Shown piece after piece: positions 53,529 through 57,725 of a stretch of 57,725 nucleotides of DNA. The first letter of the stretch is position 1. Each line of letters starts with the position of its first letter. The translations under genes and the position numbers were made by a program. The stretch is from a virus. Taxonomy: Duplodnaviria; Caudoviricetes. The DNA lies in IMG/VR virus record IMGVR_UViG_3300044703_000050, positions 1 through 57,725 of that record; one strand, 5' to 3'. The notes beneath the pieces were generated by a model. The model searched no databases. It had not been told where the DNA came from and was given only the letters and a program-made list of their open reading frames with translations.

Positions 53529-54454
53529 CCTACCGCGGGTCAGCCGAGGATTTCCTTCGCTTCGAGTTTACTGCGTTCTTGAGGCGAGAGGGTCGCGACG
53601 CGCGGATGTTGTCGCGCGCCGTACTCGAGCGCGTTGAATGCCGCGGCGCTTGGCGCTTGCGTTGTGAATTTGGGCGGGGCGGGCCCTGGTTCATCGACCT
53701 GCCGCCCACGGTCGAACGTGAGGTTCATGGGCTGACCGGCGGGTTGCACGACTCCACCTTGATCTGCCGCGCGACGTTCTCGCAAGCCTACGAAGACCAC
53801 ATGGTCGAGCTTGAGCAGAACGTGCTTCAGCTGCAATACGAAGCGGCTGTGCTCGAGGGCGCCACCCTCGAGACGCTGACGGCCCTTCAGGGGACGATCA
53901 ATGAGCGCGAGGAGAATATCCGGCGTCATCATCGGGGGCCGGTTGTGCCACAGACCGCGCGGCCGGTTTCCCGCCGCCCCGGTCTGGTCGAATGGTTCTC
54001 TGAGGACAATCTTTTCTTCGGCTATTTAGGTCAGGGCCCCGACGTCGGCTCCCCCGAGAGCCAAGCGCGCGGCCTCGCCCTCCTGAAATCCTGGCTTACG
54101 CCAACACAGATCGCGCAGTACGAAAAGGACAAGCACTTCGAGGTCATCGGCGGCGAGACCGGCAAGCGCTACCGCATCAATCACGGCCGCCAGATGAACA
54201 TCGACGAACTCGACGCCGACGGCAACAAGGTCTGCGGCTGGTGTTTCCTGCCGGAAGGAGGCCTCGTCGCCGGCGACGTCATGCTGGCGCAGAAGATCGC
54301 GCTAGAGACCACTGAACGGGCGGCGCTGAAGACGGCGAACCGCTTCGGCTCTGGCGGCGGTGGTGGCGTGGATTTGGCTTTTGGGATCATTCACATCCGG
54401 GAGTGGGCGAGACCGGACGGGTTCGATTTGAGCCAGATCCATGCCGGAATGTAG
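53525..54454 (+). CDS. Hypothetical protein, partner of the GG-terminal protein
   Basis: ATGA-coupled; C-terminal domain LLKSWLTPTQ...GKRYRI...GWCFLP...GDVMLAQKIALE. Confidence 0.75.
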   Translation: MTYRGSAEDFLRFEFTAFLRREGRDARMLSRAVLERVECRGAWRLRCEFGRGGPWFIDLPPTVEREVHGLTGGLHDSTLICRATFSQAYEDHMVELEQNVLQLQYEAAVLEGATLETLTALQGTINEREENIRRHHRGPVVPQTARPVSRRPGLVEWFSEDNLFFGYLGQGPDVGSPESQARGLALLKSWLTPTQIAQYEKDKHFEVIGGETGKRYRINHGRQMNIDELDADGNKVCGWCFLPEGGLVAGDVMLAQKIALETTERAALKTANRFGSGGGGGVDLAFGIIHIREWARPDGFDLSQIHAGM

Positions 54455-54455
54455 G

Positions 54456-54938
54456 TCAGCCGACCTTCGTGTCGTCGGCGGCCAGTTTCTCGCGCAGCGC
54501 GAACCCCATCAGCGGCCAGAGCTGGCGGATGGCGTCCTCGTAGGCGAATTGCCTGCCGAGCTTGGCGTTGAAGTTTTCCGGCGATGCCGGCGCCGACTTG
54601 CCGATGACGGTGAAGCCGTTCTTCATCACCAGGATGCAGATGGAGAGAAGCTGGAGCGAGAGGTGAATAGGAACCCCGGGCCCGAGCGCCCGATCGGCTG
54701 TGAAGTCATACCGCACCTCCATCGCGGCTTCGATGTCGGCAAGCGTCACGCGCGGCGCGATCGCGACGGCCGCGGCGGCGGCATCTGAAGCACGCAAGCT
54801 GTCCATAGGAGTTCCTTTCGATATTTCACCGGTGATGAACTGGCGAAACGTCTTCGCCCTTTCCACCAGCTCATCAGCCCCTCGATGAGTGTTACCATCC
54901 AGCGCATGACGCAGGCATTCGAGATTGAGCTCTTGCAT
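54456..54938 (-). CDS. N4 Gp49 / Sf6 gp66 family protein (Acb4-like sponge candidate); alternative start at 54806
   Basis: APRVT..DIE...LSICILVMKNGFTVIGKSAPASPENFNAKLGRQFAYEDAIRQLWPLMGFAL. Confidence 0.85.
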   Translation of the reverse strand: MQELNLECLRHALDGNTHRGADELVERAKTFRQFITGEISKGTPMDSLRASDAAAAAVAIAPRVTLADIEAAMEVRYDFTADRALGPGVPIHLSLQLLSICILVMKNGFTVIGKSAPASPENFNAKLGRQFAYEDAIRQLWPLMGFALREKLAADDTKVG

Positions 54939-54949
54939 CGGAGACTCCC

Positions 54950-55246
54950 TTATCGCCTCGCCGTCGCCTCGAGCGCTTCGAGCGCTTCCGTCTTCGCTGC
55001 CTGTCCCTTTTGGAACGGCATCCACTCGCAGAAGCCACCCTCCGGGCGCTTGTCGCCGTCCTGCAGGAGCTGCACCCCGTGGCGGCCGTAGGTGAGGCCG
55101 TCCGCCCGGAAGACGGTCAGATTCACCTGCCGATCGGAGATCACGCGGGCGACGATGGCGGCGAGCGCCTCGCCGCGAAACTTCGGCGTCGGATCTGTAT
55201 CGGCCGGCCAGTACCAGACGATGCGGCCGGGTGTGGGTGTGATCAT
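54950..55246 (-). CDS. Conserved phage protein
   Basis: PTPGRIVWY...AAIV...VNLTVF...WMPFQ; GAGGAG RBS. Confidence 0.8.
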   Translation of the reverse strand: MITPTPGRIVWYWPADTDPTPKFRGEALAAIVARVISDRQVNLTVFRADGLTYGRHGVQLLQDGDKRPEGGFCEWMPFQKGQAAKTEALEALEATARR

Positions 55247-55255
55247 GGAAGCTCC

Positions 55256-55693
55256 TCAGTAAGTGACCCAGTGACGCGGCCGGCGCTTTTCGCCGCCGCG
55301 CAAATAGTCCACGGCGTCGCCGACGCTGTTGCATTGCGCGGATTGATACGGATTCTGTCCGTGGAATATCGTCGGCTTGCGCTTCGGCACCAGCTGCTGC
55401 TCGCCGCCAGGATCGCCGACGGGCACGAGCTCTTCCCGCACGACGTCGTCTTCCTGCACGCGCGCGAGATAGCCGCGCATGCGCTGGTTTTCCGACTCCG
55501 CATTGGCCAGGCGCTCCTTGAGGTCGACGAACTGGGCGCGGGTTTCCTTTTCGCGCTCAAGGGCCTGATGCATCGACTTGTTGACGCTGGCGACCGTCTC
55601 GCTTCGCTCCCGCTCGAGCGTTCGGTAGTCGTTGATCGCCTTGGTGAGCTCAAGCTCGAGCTGTGCGATACGGGCTTTAAGCTTTTCGGTCAT
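55256..55693 (-). CDS. Coiled-coil hypothetical protein
   Basis: Heptad pattern; TGATG coupling. Confidence 0.7.
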   Translation of the reverse strand: MTEKLKARIAQLELELTKAINDYRTLERERSETVASVNKSMHQALEREKETRAQFVDLKERLANAESENQRMRGYLARVQEDDVVREELVPVGDPGGEQQLVPKRKPTIFHGQNPYQSAQCNSVGDAVDYLRGGEKRRPRHWVTY

Positions 55694-56055
55694 CAGAACG
55701 CCTCCACCGTGACACTGCCGTAGTACGGCTTGCCGTAGGTCGGGTTCATCTTGACGATGCCGTCGTCGACCAGCTTGGTGCGCGCCTTGTCCGGCAAGCC
55801 GAGGAACGTTTCGACGTTGACCTCGGGCAGGATGCCCTTGAACACGGCAGCGTGACCGCCGGAAACCTTCACGACGCCCTTGCCGGCGAACTCTTCCTTG
55901 AAGTTCTCGCCACCTTCGGTCGCGAACTTGCGCAACGCGGCCTTGATGTCGTCCATGCGGCCGAAGGTCTCGGCGTGCTTGCGGTGAAGCGTGAGCAGCT
56001 CCTCGGCCAGCTGACGGCGATCGAGCTTCTCGGTTTTCGGCTTGGCGGCGGGCAT
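55693..56055 (-). CDS. Hypothetical protein
   Basis: Clean ORF; first gene of a small operon. Confidence 0.7.
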   Translation of the reverse strand: MPAAKPKTEKLDRRQLAEELLTLHRKHAETFGRMDDIKAALRKFATEGGENFKEEFAGKGVVKVSGGHAAVFKGILPEVNVETFLGLPDKARTKLVDDGIVKMNPTYGKPYYGSVTVEAF

Positions 56056-56286
56056 GCGGGCGCTTTCTGTCGGAAGACAGCGGGCGGCGGCAGCCCTGGC
56101 CGGGGCGGCCGCCTAGAAAGCGCGCGGGGCGAAGAATGGGGGATTTGGGTTAAGGCTTCCTGACAAGCCGCTGGAACCGCACGGATTCGCGGTATTTCAG
56201 GCCCCGGGCGGCTAGCATCCCCACCCGCACAGGACGCAATCCCTAGCGGCTGGCGTGCGAGGCCCGACTCGCGCTGCTATGGCGCC

Positions 56287-56589
56287 ATGGGCGTCCGACG
56301 ATATTCCCTCGATCCGACTGTGCGGCAGGAGCAGGAGCGGGTCGATGAGCTGCAGCGGCGCTGCGCGGTCGACTATTACGCGCCGACGATCGGGGAATTG
56401 CTCGCCGTCAACGTGCGCACGGTCGAGCTGCAGTGCCGGGATTATGAGTGCCTGCACACGTCGGAACCAATCGACCTGACCCAATATCCGCCGAAGATGC
56501 GCACCAAGGCGCTGCGGTTGAAATTTGTCTGCTCCCGGTGCGGCCGCAAGCGCCCCCAGGTGAACCTGCAGTGGCACGGCGAGCCTTGA
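56287..56589 (+). CDS. Zinc-ribbon protein
   Basis: CRDYECLH...KFVCSRCGRK. Confidence 0.65.
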   Translation: MGVRRYSLDPTVRQEQERVDELQRRCAVDYYAPTIGELLAVNVRTVELQCRDYECLHTSEPIDLTQYPPKMRTKALRLKFVCSRCGRKRPQVNLQWHGEP

Positions 56590-56620
56590 CTCTGCGGGCC
56601 CGGGCCCCAGATTCCGGGCC

Positions 56621-56866
56621 ATGTCACCGAAGCGTGCGCGCGCCAGGCTAACCCGCCCGATCCGCCTCAAAGACGGCACCACCCTGAAAACCGTCCTTGA
56701 GGCCAGCCACTACATGGCGGCGCTGCCGGAACACATCGCCTTGCGAAACACCTGGCAGCACGCGGCCAAACTCATCCTCGACGGCGCGAGTCCGGAGGAA
56801 ATCACGAAGCAGATCGAGGGCGCGTTGTTCGTGGAGGCAAAGCTCGATCTGCCTGGTAGCAATTAG
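56621..56866 (+). CDS. Conserved hypothetical (DUF982-like) protein
   Basis: RPIRLKDGTTLKTVLEASHYMAALP...WQHAAKLI. Confidence 0.7.
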   Translation: MSPKRARARLTRPIRLKDGTTLKTVLEASHYMAALPEHIALRNTWQHAAKLILDGASPEEITKQIEGALFVEAKLDLPGSN

Positions 56867-57725
56867 GTTCGCACAGCCTCACGATAGATCCCGGCGCTGA
56901 TACCGTAGCTCGCCGCCACGACGTCGTGCGGGGTATCTCCGCGCATGGCGCCGAGGTGAAACTTGCGCCGCACCCCGTCGGGCTCGAGCGAGCCGTTCAC
57001 GACTTCGATGATGTGCACGGTATCGCCGGCGATCTTCACCTCGAGCAGTCGCCGCGGCTGGCCGTGCAGCTCGTCCTGGGCGACGACCTTCGCATCGCGT
57101 GCGGCGAGATAGCGGTCGAAGCCGAAAATCTCGAGCGCGACGCGGCGGAGTTCGGCGTTGTTCTCGGCCTCGATGCTGTCCGGCGTGATCTTTTCGCGAT
57201 CGTCGATCAGGCGCGCCGGCACGCGCAGACCGTGCCAGGCATGCAGACCCCAGCCGTCGCGAAATTTTACGGCCATGCCAGTTGCGCTATGCAGGCGCCG
57301 CTGTGCGTCGAAATGGATCTCGGCTGGCCTATCTGAAACGAAGGCGATGGACTTGTAAGGGTACATCCAGCCGCAGCTCAACGCGTAAGCCTTGTAGGCT
57401 TCGTAGTGAATCTTGGTGCGCGCCTCGAAACGCGCGCCGATGCGTTCGCCATAGTCATAAAAGGCGAGCCAGAACGCGTCCTGGTTTCCGACGAAGTAGT
57501 TGTCCTGGTAGAGCTGGTCCCCGAGCTGGTCCCAGAGCTGGCCCCCGAGCTGGCCCCTGAGCTGGCCCCAGAGCTGGTCCCCGAGCTGGTCCCTGAGCTG
57601 GCCCCCGAGCTGGTCCCAGAGCTGGTCCCCGAGCTGGTCCCAGAGCTGGCCCCCGAGCTGGCCCCTGAGCTGGCCCCAGAGCTGGTCCCCGAGCTGGTCC
57701 CTGAGCTGGCCCCCGAGCTGGCCCC
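56863..57725 (-). CDS. C-terminal part of the DUF6745-type repeat protein
   Basis: Repeat, then YFVGNQDAFWLAFY...SCGWMYP...SDRP...RLHSATGMAV.FRDGWGLHAWHGLRVP...NAELRR...NGSLEPDG. Confidence 0.85.
   Translation of the reverse strand, partial: GQLGGQLRDQLGDQLWGQLRGQLGGQLWDQLGDQLWDQLGGQLRDQLGDQLWGQLRGQLGGQLWDQLGDQLYQDNYFVGNQDAFWLAFYDYGERIGARFEARTKIHYEAYKAYALSCGWMYPYKSIAFVSDRPAEIHFDAQRRLHSATGMAVKFRDGWGLHAWHGLRVPARLIDDREKITPDSIEAENNAELRRVALEIFGFDRYLAARDAKVVAQDELHGQPRRLLEVKIAGDTVHIIEVVNGSLEPDGVRRKFHLGAMRGDTPHDVVAASYGISAGIYREAVRT
57511..57725. repeat. 12-bp tandem repeat, about 18 units (same as 1-266)
   Basis: Directly visible. Confidence 0.97.

Noticed and set aside
51482-54468. Invertible segment bounded by AAGGTCGG / CCGACCTT
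   Set aside because: Only 8 bp, which is not significant without read evidence.
57511-57725. DGR-style adenine mutagenesis (both variable positions are A in the LRDQ unit)
   Set aside because: No reverse transcriptase or TR/VR pair was seen, and the A of CAG is invariant; slippage or gene conversion is sufficient.

Overview
This window looks like an essentially complete, circular, GC-rich temperate phage genome with P22-like (podovirus-type) morphogenesis. The host is probably an alphaproteobacterium (Hyphomicrobiales-like), judged from the tRNA-Asp att core, a GapR/DUF2312 homologue and the gene content. The assembly breaks inside a 12-bp tandem repeat that lies within one gene spanning both ends. 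Layout: leftward early genes (two HerA/DUF87-like ATPases, ASCH, DUF5131, HNH, an atypical tRNA-Gly); attP plus a divergent tyrosine integrase and excisionase; a cI/cro switch with readable operators; replication and methylase genes; a serine recombinase; terminase, portal, scaffold and capsid; adaptor, gp10-like stabilisation and ejection proteins; tail fibres; a lysis cassette; and a post-lysis accessory region. The strongest unexplained signals are: (1) a back-to-back array of covarying H-type RNA pseudoknots ending at the scaffold ribosome-binding site; (2) a nested, triplicated head-tail adaptor; (3) virion-module genes carrying Sec-type signal peptides; (4) a fatty-acid hydroxylase / PLA2-like fusion inside the lysis cassette; (5) a non-canonical tRNA-Gly; (6) a diglycine-terminated small protein coupled to a Cys-containing partner; and (7) a Gp49-family (Acb4-like) sponge candidate. 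All family assignments come from motif recognition by eye; no database searches were run.
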